From an uncultured Lachnospiraceae bacterium (lineage in GTDB: Bacteria; Bacillota; Clostridia; Lachnospirales; Lachnospiraceae): a stretch of DNA of 61,640 nucleotides. The notes under the pieces were generated by a model. That model was not told where the DNA came from. It ran no database searches and was given only the letters and a program-made list of their open reading frames with translations. Both the position numbers and the translations under genes were made by a program. This document shows, piece after piece, positions 9,030 to 19,700 of this stretch; position 1 is the stretch's first letter; each line of letters begins with the position of its first letter. The stretch covers positions 1 through 61,640 of the forward strand of contig CAZTHP010000002.1 in NCBI GenBank assembly GCA_964613155.1. The letters run 5' to 3'.

Positions 9030-10463
9030 ATGGAATATCGTGTAGAGAAGGATTCAATTGGAACAAAGGACGTACCGGAAGACGTCTATTATGGTGTGCA
9101 GACGTTAAGAGCTGCGGAAAACTTTCATATTACAGGGTTAAATATGCATCCGGAGATCATCAACAGTCTGGCTTTGATCAAAAAAGCTTCTGCGATTACA
9201 AACTGTGAGATCGGGCTTTTGGATAAAGATGTTACCAGAGCAATCGTGCAGGCGTGTGATGAGATTACAACGGGCAAATATCATGAGTATTTTATTGTTG
9301 ACCCGATTCAGGGTGGTGCGGGTACTTCTTTGAATATGAATGCAAATGAGGTTATTGCAAACCGTGCGATTGAAATTTTAGGCGGTCATAAAGGGGATTA
9401 TTCTATCGTAAATCCGAATGACCACGTAAACTGCGGACAGTCTACGAACGATGTAATTCCGACTGCGGGCAAGATGACTTCCCTGAAATTACTGCAGAAT
9501 CTGAAAAAAGAATTGCTGCGTCTGTATGATGCGCTGTATGCGAAGGCAAATGAATTTGACCATGTCATTAAGATGGGACGTACACAGATGCAGGATGCAG
9601 TACCGATTCGTCTGGGACAGGAATTTCGTGCTTATTCAGTAGCGATCAACCGCGATATTTACCGTATGGATAAGGCGATGGATGAAATGCGCGCTGTAAA
9701 TATGGGTGGTACTGCGGTAGGAACTGGTATCAATGCCGACAGCAAATATTTAAGAAGAATTGTACCGAATCTGGCAGAAGTTTCCCGGATGGATCTGGTA
9801 CAGGCATACGATCTGATCGATTCAACACAGAATCTTGATGCATTTGTATCCGTATCCGGTGCGGTAAAAGCTTGTGCCGTAACCTTGTCAAAGATTGCAA
9901 ATGACCTTCGTCTGATGTCATCTGGTCCGAGAGCAGGATTTAACGAAATCAATCTTCCGGCAAAGCAGAATGGTTCTTCTATCATGCCGGGTAAAGTGAA
10001 TCCTGTTATTCCGGAAGTAGTTAACCAGGTTGCATTTAACATTATCGGCAATGACGTTACGATCACAATGGCAGCAGAAGCTGGTCAGCTGGAATTAAAT
10101 GCCTTTGAGCCGATCGTATTTTACTGTATGTTCCAGTCGATCGACACCCTTGCGTATGCAGTTCGTACCTTCGTAGATAACTGTGTAACGGGAATTACAG
10201 CAAATGAAACCAGATGTCGTTATCTGGTGGAAAATAGTGTCGGAATTATTACCGCAATCTGTCCTCATGTTGGATATCAGAAGGCAGCGGATATCGCAAA
10301 AACAGCACTTCAGACAGGGGAATCTGTAAGAAGCTTGATCTTAAAAGAAGGACTTCTGGATGAACAGCAGCTGGATGAAATCTTAGATCCGATCCATATG
10401 ACAGAACCGGGTATTTCCGGCAAAGAGCTGATGATGAAACACACCGGCGGAATCCTGGAGTAA
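9030..10463 (+). CDS. aspA: Aspartate ammonia-lyase
   Basis: YYGVQTLRA, QGGAGTS.NMN.NE, GSSIMPGKVNPVIPE; start at MEYRVEKD after RBS GAGGAG. Confidence 0.95.
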   Translation: MEYRVEKDSIGTKDVPEDVYYGVQTLRAAENFHITGLNMHPEIINSLALIKKASAITNCEIGLLDKDVTRAIVQACDEITTGKYHEYFIVDPIQGGAGTSLNMNANEVIANRAIEILGGHKGDYSIVNPNDHVNCGQSTNDVIPTAGKMTSLKLLQNLKKELLRLYDALYAKANEFDHVIKMGRTQMQDAVPIRLGQEFRAYSVAINRDIYRMDKAMDEMRAVNMGGTAVGTGINADSKYLRRIVPNLAEVSRMDLVQAYDLIDSTQNLDAFVSVSGAVKACAVTLSKIANDLRLMSSGPRAGFNEINLPAKQNGSSIMPGKVNPVIPEVVNQVAFNIIGNDVTITMAAEAGQLELNAFEPIVFYCMFQSIDTLAYAVRTFVDNCVTGITANETRCRYLVENSVGIITAICPHVGYQKAADIAKTALQTGESVRSLILKEGLLDEQQLDEILDPIHMTEPGISGKELMMKHTGGILE

Positions 10464-10489
10464 ACTTCAAACGAACTGGTAAAGAAGAC

Positions 10490-10640
10490 TGCGGTTACAA
10501 AAAGCTGCCTGGTAATCAGAAAAGCCAGTAGAAGCAAAAATGCAGTTACAAAAAGCTGTCTGGTAATCGGGAAAGCCAGTAGAAGTAAAAATGCAGTTAT
10601 AAAAAAGCTGATTGGTAATCAAAAAAGACAGTAGAAGCAG
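10490..10640. repeat. Tandem repeat, ~51-bp unit x3, after aspA
   Basis: TGCAGTTACAAAAAGCTG..TGGTAATC..AAAGCCAGTAGAAG units. Confidence 0.8.
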
Positions 10641-10841
10641 CAGAACAAAGCGGACTTTCCAGTAGGAATTGTTGAAATATGTTTGACAAAACGGTGTATC
10701 TATTATATGCTTTAAATGGATAAAGTGAGACGGCTTAAAGTCTTAAATTCTTCCGCTTTTCACGGCTGGAAGGAGTGAAGATGGGGAGTCGGTTCTGCAC
10801 AGAAAGCGTGATAGAAATACGAAAGGAACATACAATACGTT

Positions 10842-12245
10842 ATGGAAATACTCATGTCTGTGATTTCAACAGTCTACAATTTTCTTTGGGGAGATCTAAT
10901 CACGATCTCCCTTCCAGGAGGATCTTCAATCGGCATTTCCCTTCTGGTTTTAATTTTGATTCCAGCAGGAATCTTTTTTACAATTCGCACAAGATTTCTA
11001 CCTGTCCGTCTCTTTCCGGAGATGATCCGTGTTGCTCTTGAGAAGCAGACACATGGGAAAAAAGGTGCGATTTCCGGTTTGCAGGCACTGATCGTATCCA
11101 CAGCAACCCGCGTGGGTATGGGCAATATGGTCGGAGTCGTTGCTGCAATCTCCGCAGGCGGAGCAGGTGCAGTTTTCTGGATGTGGGTTACAGCGATCAT
11201 CGGTTCGTCCACCGCTTTTGTAGAAGCAACATTAGCCCAGCTTCATAAGCAAAATGACCCTCTTTACGGCGGTTATCGCGGCGGTCCTGCCTACTATATC
11301 CACGATTTCTTTGACAAAGATTCCAAAAAACGCCGGAATCTCCTTGCTGTTTTATTTGCATTGTCCGGTCTGCTTTGCTGGTGTGGTGTCAGTCAGGTAA
11401 TCAGCAACTCCGTGTCCTCTGCATTTGAGAATGCATTTCATATTCCACCGATCGTTTCTACAGTTGTTTTGGTATTATTAGCAGCTGTGATCGTATTGCG
11501 GAAGAATGCAACGATCAAAGTATTGGATATTATGGTTCCTGTTATGGCAGTTTTTTACTTTGCAATTGCCGTATTTGTAATCGTAAAAAATATCGGTCTT
11601 ATGCCTGCGGTATTACAGCGTATCATCGAAGAAGCATTTGGCATTCGCCAGATTGCAGCAGGTGGTTTTGGTGCCGCTTTGATGAACGGTGTCAAACGAG
11701 GTCTGTTCTCCAATGAAGCAGGTTCGGGTTCCGCACCCTGCGCAGCAGCAGCAGCCAATGTAAGCCATCCGGCCAAATCCGGTTTATTCCAGGCATTTGG
11801 TGTCTTTATTGATACCATTGTCATCTGCACCTGTACCGCAATGATCATGCTGTTAGCTCCGGAAGAACTGCTGGAAGGACTCTCTGGAATGGAACTTCTG
11901 CAGACGGCGATGTACCATCACTTCGGAAGTCCGGGAGTGGTATTCGTTGCCATTACCCTGTGGTTATTCAGTTTCTCCACTTTTATTGGAATTTTATATT
12001 ATGCACGTTCAAATGTCGCTTATTTATTTGGAGACAACTGGTTCTCACAAACCGCATATAAAGTATTAGCACTGCTTATGCTGTTTATTGGCGGTCTGGC
12101 TGCCTATACATTTGTATGGGATTTGGGTGATATCGGAGTCGGTTTGATGACGGTCTTTAATATGATCGTTCTGATTCCCATGTCAGGAGAAGCAATCCGT
12201 TCTTTGAAAGATTATGAAATGCTTCGAAAACAACAAAAACTATGA
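10842..12245 (+). CDS. Alanine/glycine:cation symporter (AGCS/AlsT family)
   Basis: ATRVGMGN, GGAGAVFWMW, GGPAYYI, KRGLFSNEAGSGS, DTIVICTCT. Confidence 0.93.
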   Translation: MEILMSVISTVYNFLWGDLITISLPGGSSIGISLLVLILIPAGIFFTIRTRFLPVRLFPEMIRVALEKQTHGKKGAISGLQALIVSTATRVGMGNMVGVVAAISAGGAGAVFWMWVTAIIGSSTAFVEATLAQLHKQNDPLYGGYRGGPAYYIHDFFDKDSKKRRNLLAVLFALSGLLCWCGVSQVISNSVSSAFENAFHIPPIVSTVVLVLLAAVIVLRKNATIKVLDIMVPVMAVFYFAIAVFVIVKNIGLMPAVLQRIIEEAFGIRQIAAGGFGAALMNGVKRGLFSNEAGSGSAPCAAAAANVSHPAKSGLFQAFGVFIDTIVICTCTAMIMLLAPEELLEGLSGMELLQTAMYHHFGSPGVVFVAITLWLFSFSTFIGILYYARSNVAYLFGDNWFSQTAYKVLALLMLFIGGLAAYTFVWDLGDIGVGLMTVFNMIVLIPMSGEAIRSLKDYEMLRKQQKL

Positions 12246-12332
12246 GAAACATGCGCTGTGAGTTTCTCAAGTTATCGCAGTGCTCCTTAAATGCTTGTGT
12301 AAGCACAGCATTTTCAGCGCTGCTTGTGTAAA
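12238..12332 (-). repeat. 95-bp double-hairpin dispersed element, copy 2 (supplies the symporter stop codon)
   Basis: AACTATGAGAAAC...GTTTCTCAAG...AATGCTTGTGTAAGCACAGCATTT...GTAAA; TGA at 12243-12245 lies inside it. Confidence 0.9.
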
Positions 12333-12334
12333 TC

Positions 12335-12390
12335 AAAATCTCCGTTACTCTGCATTCAAGTTGTGAATGTAGACTGACGGAGATTTTTTT
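12335..12390. terminator. Bidirectional hairpin terminator
   Basis: AAAATCTCCGT...ACGGAGATTTTTTT. Confidence 0.7.
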
Positions 12391-12546
12391 GTAAAATAGT
12401 CTTCGAAGTCTGATTCAAAAGGAGCGATTAGCGATTCAGAGCCAGCCTCGAAAACCTGGTTTCTATATCAAATGATGTGAAAAGTCGATAAACAGAGGAA
12501 AAGCACCTACCCCCAGCTCCTACGTCTGAAAATAGATGCTTTTTAG

Positions 12547-12619
12547 TGCACCTTCAGGGGCTCGAACCCTGGACACCCTGATTAAGAGTCAGGTGCTCTA
12601 CCAACTGAGCTAAAGGTGC
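12547..12619 (-). tRNA. tRNA-Lys(CUU), copy 1
   Basis: GCACCTTTAGCTCAGTTGGTAGAGCACCTGACT-CTT-AATCAGGGTGTCCAGGGTTCGAGCCCCTGAAGGTGCA; CCA not encoded. Confidence 0.97.
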
Positions 12620-12873
12620 ATAAGATGTCAAAATTTGTTCCAACTTCCTTTATATTAGCACAAGGTATTTAGAAAATCAATACTTTATTCATAAATTGTT
12701 CATAATTGTTTAAACTTTCTTTCGATTTCGGATAGAATTATTTTATAAAAAATAAAAACCCCTTTAAAAATGAAAAATATTGTGCTAATCTTTTAGTATC
12801 TTTTTGTGTTGGGACAGTTTACCGTTTGTCTTGGCATCATTATCATTGAGAAGGGAGAAGTTTATGACTATTT

Positions 12874-14610
12874 ATGAAGACAAAAATCTCAAATGAACAA
12901 AAGATGATACGAATGGAACAGATTCTCCGAGAGATGAAAAAACATCTGACGGAAAATTTGAAATCAGAGCAGGTCGCTGAGAAGTTCGGCTACAGTGTGC
13001 GCTATTTCGAAACTATTTTTAAAGAATACTTTGGAATCCCCTTTTCAAAGTATATGACGAAATTGCGCCTGCGCTATGCGGCTGTTCAATTGCTGACAAA
13101 TCACCCCATGGTCGGGACGCTGAATCCGAATGATTTTGGTTATGCAAATTCGTCAAGTTTTTCAAAGGCATTTAGAAAAGAATTTGGTATTTCACCAGGG
13201 GATTTTATCAAGGAGTACCAGCATGTTCCCGATATTCTGCCAAGGAAGAAGTTGTTTGGGAAAGAAATCGCAAAGGAATATTGCAGAAGCAGCGAGTTAA
13301 ATATCGCGGGATATGGTGTGTACATAACAGATGAAGAAATCCCCGATCTGATCGAATTTGCCATTAATACCGCGGCATGGGCGCTGGATCATCCGGTCGA
13401 AAAGATCGATCTGGATGCGCCGGGAGAGTGGTATGGGCTGTGCTGGCATGATGAAAAAATTGACCATGGACTTTATTACGTCTATGCATCGCCAATTGAT
13501 TCCGAAAAAAACTTGCCGCCGGATTATACTTCGATTCATATTCCCAGTATGAACTGTGTGATCTTTTCCTGTGAAAAGGGAGCTACACATGCAGAAACAG
13601 CGCAGCTATGCAGGCTTCTGGTGCGGTATGTACTGAAAGAGTGGCGCATTGTCAACGACAAAAAAGAAGATAAGATGGGGTGGTTTTATCAGAAGTTCGA
13701 TGGAGAACGGTTTTACGTGTACCTTCCGCTGCTGGAGGATGATATAGAAAATCTGCCCTATACCAATTATGGTACGGAAACCTGGATTTCCTACATCGAC
13801 GAGCATATCCTGGAGGATTTGAAAGTAAAAGACATCGCCGATGCGGTACATTATTCCGTGAAAAACTTCAATAACATCTTTCGATTGTATTACATCATGA
13901 GTCCAGCTGAATATATTCTGAAAAGGCGGCTTTATATGGCGGCGCAGGAGGTTCGAAAAGGTGCTTCGGAAGAAGAAACCGCTGCAAAGTACCGATTCCG
14001 ATCGGCTGCGAAATTTCGCGAGCTGTTCCAGCGAAAATATGGTGTTACACTGGAAGAATCGGAGCAGATCAAGCTGGAGACGGTAAACCTGCCGCAATAT
14101 TATGAGGAGTATAAAAACACATTGCGTATCGCGATTCGAGAAATGGGTGAGCAGATGATGATCGGAAAAGGCATCCAGACACGGGAAGATTCCCTGAATG
14201 TACCAGGATATGTCGATTTCTGGTTTCGCAATGACTTTGAATCTATCCAGCAAACATCCTATGCCTGTCCCGAACCGGGGATGGAAGACAAAGGCGCAAT
14301 CTGGGACGAAACGCTCAATGAAACGACCGGAAAGAAAGAGTATCATTACGTAGTAGGTCCCTTTATCGAAAATACGGATGAAATACCAGCAGATATGAAA
14401 CTTTATACGATACCGGGTGGAATATATGCCATTTTCACAACGAAAGACCAATCCGATGAGAGTGATATCGCTGAAAAGTATCGAATGATGACCCGTTGCG
14501 TATTTTGGGGCTGGGTGCATGAAAATAAAGTCCGCATGGACTGGGAACGAGATACCTTCGTTCGTTACTGCAAAAAGAAATTATATTTTTATGTACCGCT
14601 GATCGGATAA
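12874..14610 (+). CDS. Tandem AraC-family regulator: (AraC HTH + GyrI-like effector domain) x2
   Basis: HTH motifs FGYSVRYFETIFKEYFG..GYANSSSFSKAFRKEFGISP and HYSVKNFNNIFRLYYIMSPAEY; each followed by a GyrI-like region (IPSMNCVIF, IPGGIYAIF; ends YLPL / YVPL). Confidence 0.85.
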   Translation: MKTKISNEQKMIRMEQILREMKKHLTENLKSEQVAEKFGYSVRYFETIFKEYFGIPFSKYMTKLRLRYAAVQLLTNHPMVGTLNPNDFGYANSSSFSKAFRKEFGISPGDFIKEYQHVPDILPRKKLFGKEIAKEYCRSSELNIAGYGVYITDEEIPDLIEFAINTAAWALDHPVEKIDLDAPGEWYGLCWHDEKIDHGLYYVYASPIDSEKNLPPDYTSIHIPSMNCVIFSCEKGATHAETAQLCRLLVRYVLKEWRIVNDKKEDKMGWFYQKFDGERFYVYLPLLEDDIENLPYTNYGTETWISYIDEHILEDLKVKDIADAVHYSVKNFNNIFRLYYIMSPAEYILKRRLYMAAQEVRKGASEEETAAKYRFRSAAKFRELFQRKYGVTLEESEQIKLETVNLPQYYEEYKNTLRIAIREMGEQMMIGKGIQTREDSLNVPGYVDFWFRNDFESIQQTSYACPEPGMEDKGAIWDETLNETTGKKEYHYVVGPFIENTDEIPADMKLYTIPGGIYAIFTTKDQSDESDIAEKYRMMTRCVFWGWVHENKVRMDWERDTFVRYCKKKLYFYVPLIG

Positions 14611-14805
14611 TAGACTGCCCGCAAAGGAAAAAAGAAAGGAGAATGCAAGAAAAAAACGAAAAAAAATCATAAATATGTAAATTTGGACAAAAACATTTCT
14701 TTGCCATGAGTAGAAAGATGTGGTAAACTAGTACTAACAGGTAAGAAATACCAGAACAGGAAAGATTCCCCCACTGGAACAGAACCTGAGATAGACAATC
14801 GTTGA

Positions 14806-14955
14806 AAGATACATTTTGGAACATTCGGTGAGATTCCGGCACGGTTTTAATCCCCGCTGTAATAAGGACAAACTGCTGCATAAGCCACTGGAGCAATTCG
14901 GGAAGGCGCAGCAATAAAGTTTGGTTTGTACTTCGAGTCAGAACACAAGTATCTG
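14806..14955 (+). ncRNA. Cobalamin (B12) riboswitch
   Basis: GGAA..CGGTGAGATTCCG..ACGG..CCCGCTGTAA..AGCCACTG..GGGAAGGC..GAGTCAGAACAC core; P1 AGATAC/GTATCT; downstream hairpin CCCTTTT..AAAAGGG near 15005-15030. Confidence 0.88.
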
Positions 14956-15105
14956 AGATTGAAATAAGGAAATCTGGAGGCATAAACAGAGGTCTATTTT
15001 TTGTACCCTTTTTTCGGTAGAAAAGGGCAAAAATCGCAAAAAATGATACAAAATTCGCTTTATTCCTCTGGAAAGTACAAAAAACAAAAGTGCAGGTGAT
15101 TAAGA

Positions 15106-15420
15106 TTGGAACAGTTATCCGGGCAGAAAGAAGGGATAAGTAATCAAAAAAAGAGCAGACGCTCAAACAATATTTACTGGCGGGAAGGAGAACCTTTAAC
15201 CGAGCAGGATCGGGTCATGCTTCAGGTCGTGCAGCAGATTTACAAGAAGCAGGGGTTTACTCCCAGTAAGAGAGAAGTACCGAATGCAGCTGCCTTAAAG
15301 CGGCGTTTTCGTACCTGGACCAATGTGATGAAAGCGGCTGAGATTCCGCTGATCAAGGAACCAGAACAGACACGGAAGCGGCAGGCAAGCGCAGCATGGA
15401 AAAAGACGATGAAACTCTAA
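15106..15420 (+). CDS. Small basic protein resembling the homing-endonuclease-associated (HNH_repeat) helical domain
   Basis: KQGFTPSKREV..LKRRFRTWTNVMKAAEI pattern; first ORF after the riboswitch. Confidence 0.55.
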   Translation: MEQLSGQKEGISNQKKSRRSNNIYWREGEPLTEQDRVMLQVVQQIYKKQGFTPSKREVPNAAALKRRFRTWTNVMKAAEIPLIKEPEQTRKRQASAAWKKTMKL

Positions 15421-15718
15421 ACTGTATACCCTGCGGGATAGAGTTTCTCTGCCAAAGCGATATGCTTTGAACTTACAATGGATTTTACCAGATTTTAGAA
15501 GCAGCAGTTTCGTTTTCCCTGATAAACCGAAGCAGTTTAGAAAGTACGTACGTATCATGATCAGCTTTCAGATGCATCTAAAATCGGATTATAAATCGTT
15601 TTGAAAATTGCAGAAGTGATTTTTAAAACTAAATATTATGAGAAATTGCTGGAACTTACCAGACAATTCGAAATAATACTTTATAGCCTGGACAAAGATA
15701 GGCAGAAAGGAGAAAACT

Positions 15719-16618
15719 ATGATGAAAACGATGAAGAAATCTACGGCATTTGCATTGGCTGGCATCTTAGGATTATCTTCACTGGCAGGTGCCAGTGCAT
15801 TTGCAGCAGAAGGAGATGCAGCAGCACCTACTAATGCACAAGGAAGCGTATATGTATCAATTGAAAAAAGTGCAGCTTATAAAAAAGATGCAAAGACACT
15901 TGATTACATCTTAGCGCCTACAAAGGTAAATCTGGCAGATGTAGCAGAAAAGATGGGTACAACAGATGCCTTAACACCCGATGATGGTATCACGGATATC
16001 ACGATTCTGGACGTTTTGATGACGGCATACGGAGAAGAAAACTTTACGGTTCAGTACAATGCTAGTTATCATTGCTATTATGTAAAAGCTATTAAAGACA
16101 GCGGTGCTGTAGATTATGTAGCAACTGAAGATGATTATGAATATGGTTCTCAGGTAGCTAGTCTTTCTCAAAAATACAGTTTAAATGCAAGATTTAATGG
16201 AACGATCAAAACTGCAAATTATCTGTCAGAGAATGATTTAATTACAAACGGTGGATCTGGCTGGATGATTGCGCAGAATAATGCAGGTACGTATTATGGA
16301 GTATCAACAACTGTTGCAACTGATGATGTTTTGAGAATGGAATGGTCAACCTTTAATGGAATGGATGTTGGTTATACAGGATATTTCTATAATCCAGAGG
16401 ATACCGCTAACTGGGGTTGGAGTCCTGAAAATCCTTTTGCAGCAAGAGTAAACAAAGATGCGTTAGTGAAAAAATTAGCAGAAATTAATGATGAGTATGA
16501 ATTATCTGATATGCGGGATAAAGAAAAAACAGCATATGATAATGCAAATGCAGCTTTGAAATCTATTACGAAAACTTCTGTTGAAAGTGAATTAGCAGCT
16601 TTGAATTCAGAATTCTGA
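15719..16618 (+). CDS. Secreted protein with DUF4430 / transcobalamin beta-like domain
   Basis: Signal peptide (..ASAFA); YYVKAI...SGWMIAQNN...DDVLRMEW; C-terminal helical NKDALVKKLAEIN; RBS AAAGGAG. Confidence 0.7.
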   Translation: MMKTMKKSTAFALAGILGLSSLAGASAFAAEGDAAAPTNAQGSVYVSIEKSAAYKKDAKTLDYILAPTKVNLADVAEKMGTTDALTPDDGITDITILDVLMTAYGEENFTVQYNASYHCYYVKAIKDSGAVDYVATEDDYEYGSQVASLSQKYSLNARFNGTIKTANYLSENDLITNGGSGWMIAQNNAGTYYGVSTTVATDDVLRMEWSTFNGMDVGYTGYFYNPEDTANWGWSPENPFAARVNKDALVKKLAEINDEYELSDMRDKEKTAYDNANAALKSITKTSVESELAALNSEF

Positions 16619-16765
16619 TAGAAGATCAGTTCTTTGATGAATTGCTGAATCGTAAAATCGTAGTAGGGATTTACTTGCAAGTAATAAGGTAAATGTAAAT
16701 GAGGATAGCTGCAAGGATTCGCAAAATGAGAAGTCTTGCAGCTATCCGTTTTTAGGAGATGTTGT

Positions 16766-19700
16766 ATGAAAAAGATATTAAAAAAAATAAGTTTAGGAGC
16801 AACTTTGCTTTTTTTGTTTGTTTTTTTGATTCCACAAAATAGCAAAGCGGATGCATTATCGTATAAATCTTTATGGGATGAGGAACAAGGTGCGTATTTG
16901 ATTTCTTCCGTGGAAGAATTAAAAATTTTTCGAAATTCACTGGCAGAACATGATTATGCAGGAGAAAAGATTTTATTAACAAAGGATATTACAATTCAGA
17001 AAAGTGATGATATTGGAACCGTTAAGACTGAGTGGGATGTAAATAGCGGCTCAGTTTTTCAAGGTTATTTTAATGGACAAGGTCATCAGATTTCTGGATT
17101 TTATGATAATAAAGCAGGACTCTTTAATAATATAGGTAAAGATGGAGTCGTTACAAAGTTAATATTAGATGTTGATATCACAGTGGAAACATCTATCTAT
17201 TATGCACCATTAGCCAATGTTGTTTCTGGAAAGATACAGTATTGTGGATTGAAGGGATCGATTCGTACAGTAGAATCGGAAACGGAAAAAGGATTTTCAA
17301 TATCACGTTTCATAGAAAAATTAGATGCTAAAACTTATAATGAAGATAGCGATAATCTGGCATTTCCTCTTATTAGTGATTGTTGTATAACCGTTAACGT
17401 GAATATTCGAAATGTTCCAGCGGGAAGTGCAAATGGAATAGATGGTGTGATTTCATGTGCAGATGTATATAGTGAAAACGTTTATTATATTCAAAATTGT
17501 TATGTAGGAGGGACTTGTCAGCGCAGTACGTCTACGGGAAGCAAGACAGCTTATCGATATGTGGGATCGATAAATGATCCGTATGTTAATACTGCCACAA
17601 TCTTTGACAGTACAGCATTTCTAGGAGAACCTTGGAGATTTAATGCTAAAACAAGGGCAACGATTATTACAGATGAACAGGCAAAAACTAAAACAACGTA
17701 TACAAAAGCCGGTTGGGATTTTGATAAAGTTTGGGATATCGATACCGAAGGATATTATGATAAAATTTATTTAAATGACAATCAAGCGCCTGAAGGCACG
17801 CAGACTTTTATTGATGAAATCGGCCCCTATTATTACGATACGGAACTGAAATTTGTAAATGATGGTTATCCTTATCTGCGTGCAGATGTGTTAGAACCTG
17901 TTCTTGGTAGTATGGAACGGCGCATGGTGACAGTATCTGCAGTTTATCCCGATATGCAGATTGGATATTATACGCCAGCTGTCATTCGACCAGAAGTTAA
18001 GATTACGGGAATCGAAGGCGTTGACGCTGACAGTTTACAGAGTTTTATTGAGGAATATCAATTAGAAGTGATATGTGAGGAAGAAAAACAGTATTTACTT
18101 GAAGATACTGATAGTTCCGTAGGTAGTCTTTCTCACTTGAAAGATGTTGCAGATTTACATTATAAGAAAAATGAAACATATACGTTTGCTATCGATTATG
18201 ACAATTCTACAGTAACTCCGGGTAAATTATCAGCCAAACCTAATCCATATCGCAATCTTTCCAATGAAGCAAAAGCAGAAGCATACCTTGCAATAGGAGA
18301 GCAAAAGGAAATCGCAAATTTAAAGAATAAGCTGAATCGTATTAAAGATGGTACCAGTGTGCCGAAGCAGGTCATTATAGATGCCTTATGCTGGGATGTG
18401 ATCAATATAAGCCGCTATGATAAAAATAGCGAGGATAAGGAGATCCGGGAGCTTTTAGACAGCTGGTTTGCGATGGAACTGGAAGGATTTAAAGAAATGT
18501 ATGCGGAAAACCAGTCCATGACACAGCAGTATACGACGACGTGGCAAAGAGAGTTGATCGCGATTACGGCTGCTGGTTACGATCCGGCTGATATTAAAGC
18601 CTATACAAAAGGCACACATGGCGAAGATGATCCGGGATTCGATCTGGTACAGTCTGTTTTCGATGAAGTCGGAAAAGACGGGGCTCATATGCATGTTCCG
18701 TTCTGGCTGATCGGACTGGATAGTGGTGATTATGCAGCGGATGAAGCAGGTGTGGAAAAACGTGTCGAGATGGTCTATCGTCTGGTAAATAGTGGTGTGT
18801 TTAGTGCTGCTGCTGGTATCGGTATGGATTATATAGGTATGTTTAGTCAGGGACTTACCAAATATATCGATCCTGAAGAAGGCACGATCTATTATGAAGT
18901 TGCGAAACAGGTAAATGAAAAGCTGAAAGCTGAGGGCAAGGAGACGATCGCAGAAAAAGCAGATAAAGAGCGTATTGTTGAAGCTATTAAAAGATTCCAG
19001 TGCCCGTTAGGCGGCTGGATCACCTATGACAACTATAATCCGGCAACGACAGCACAGGCTGTAGTGATGCTTTCCTGTATGGGTGTTGATGCATATGGTG
19101 AGGCTCTGACGACAGAGGCAGGTTACAACATGCTGGACAGCTTTATCCAGAGCGGATGCAACCTGGATGAGGATGGCTTGCCGGTATCGTTAAAGGATAC
19201 TTATGAAATGACTGTGAACGAATCGTTTTACTCGTCTCAGTCGATTTATGCGACTATTTCCTGGTATCGTTTGATAAAGGGTCAGACGGCTCTTTACGAT
19301 TGCACCGATGTGGTGGGTGTTGCACAGGTGGAAGCGATGATCGCAGGACTTCCGAAAGAGATCACACTGGAGCAGGCAGAGGCAGTGGAAGCAGCAAAGG
19401 CAGCTTATGATGCTCTGAGTGATGGACAGAAAGCATATGTGGAGCAGGCAGATGTTCTGGAAGCAGCTGTCAAGGTTGTGGAAGAACTGAAAAAGGCGGC
19501 GGAAGAACTTACGGCATTCCAGACGTTGAAACCGCAGTTAAAGGCAGCTTTGGCAGATTATGATCAGGTGAAGTTGACCTGGACAAAGGAAGCGAATGCA
19601 GAAGGTTATAAGATCTATCGTGCATCCAGTAAAGATGGTCAGTACGAATTGGTCAAGACCATCAAAAAAGCAGCGACTGTGAGCTGGACGGACAGCAAGC

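Noticed and set aside
10690-10841. Glycine riboswitch expected before an AGCS symporter
   Set aside because: No GGAGA...CCGAAG...CTCTCAGG core is visible.
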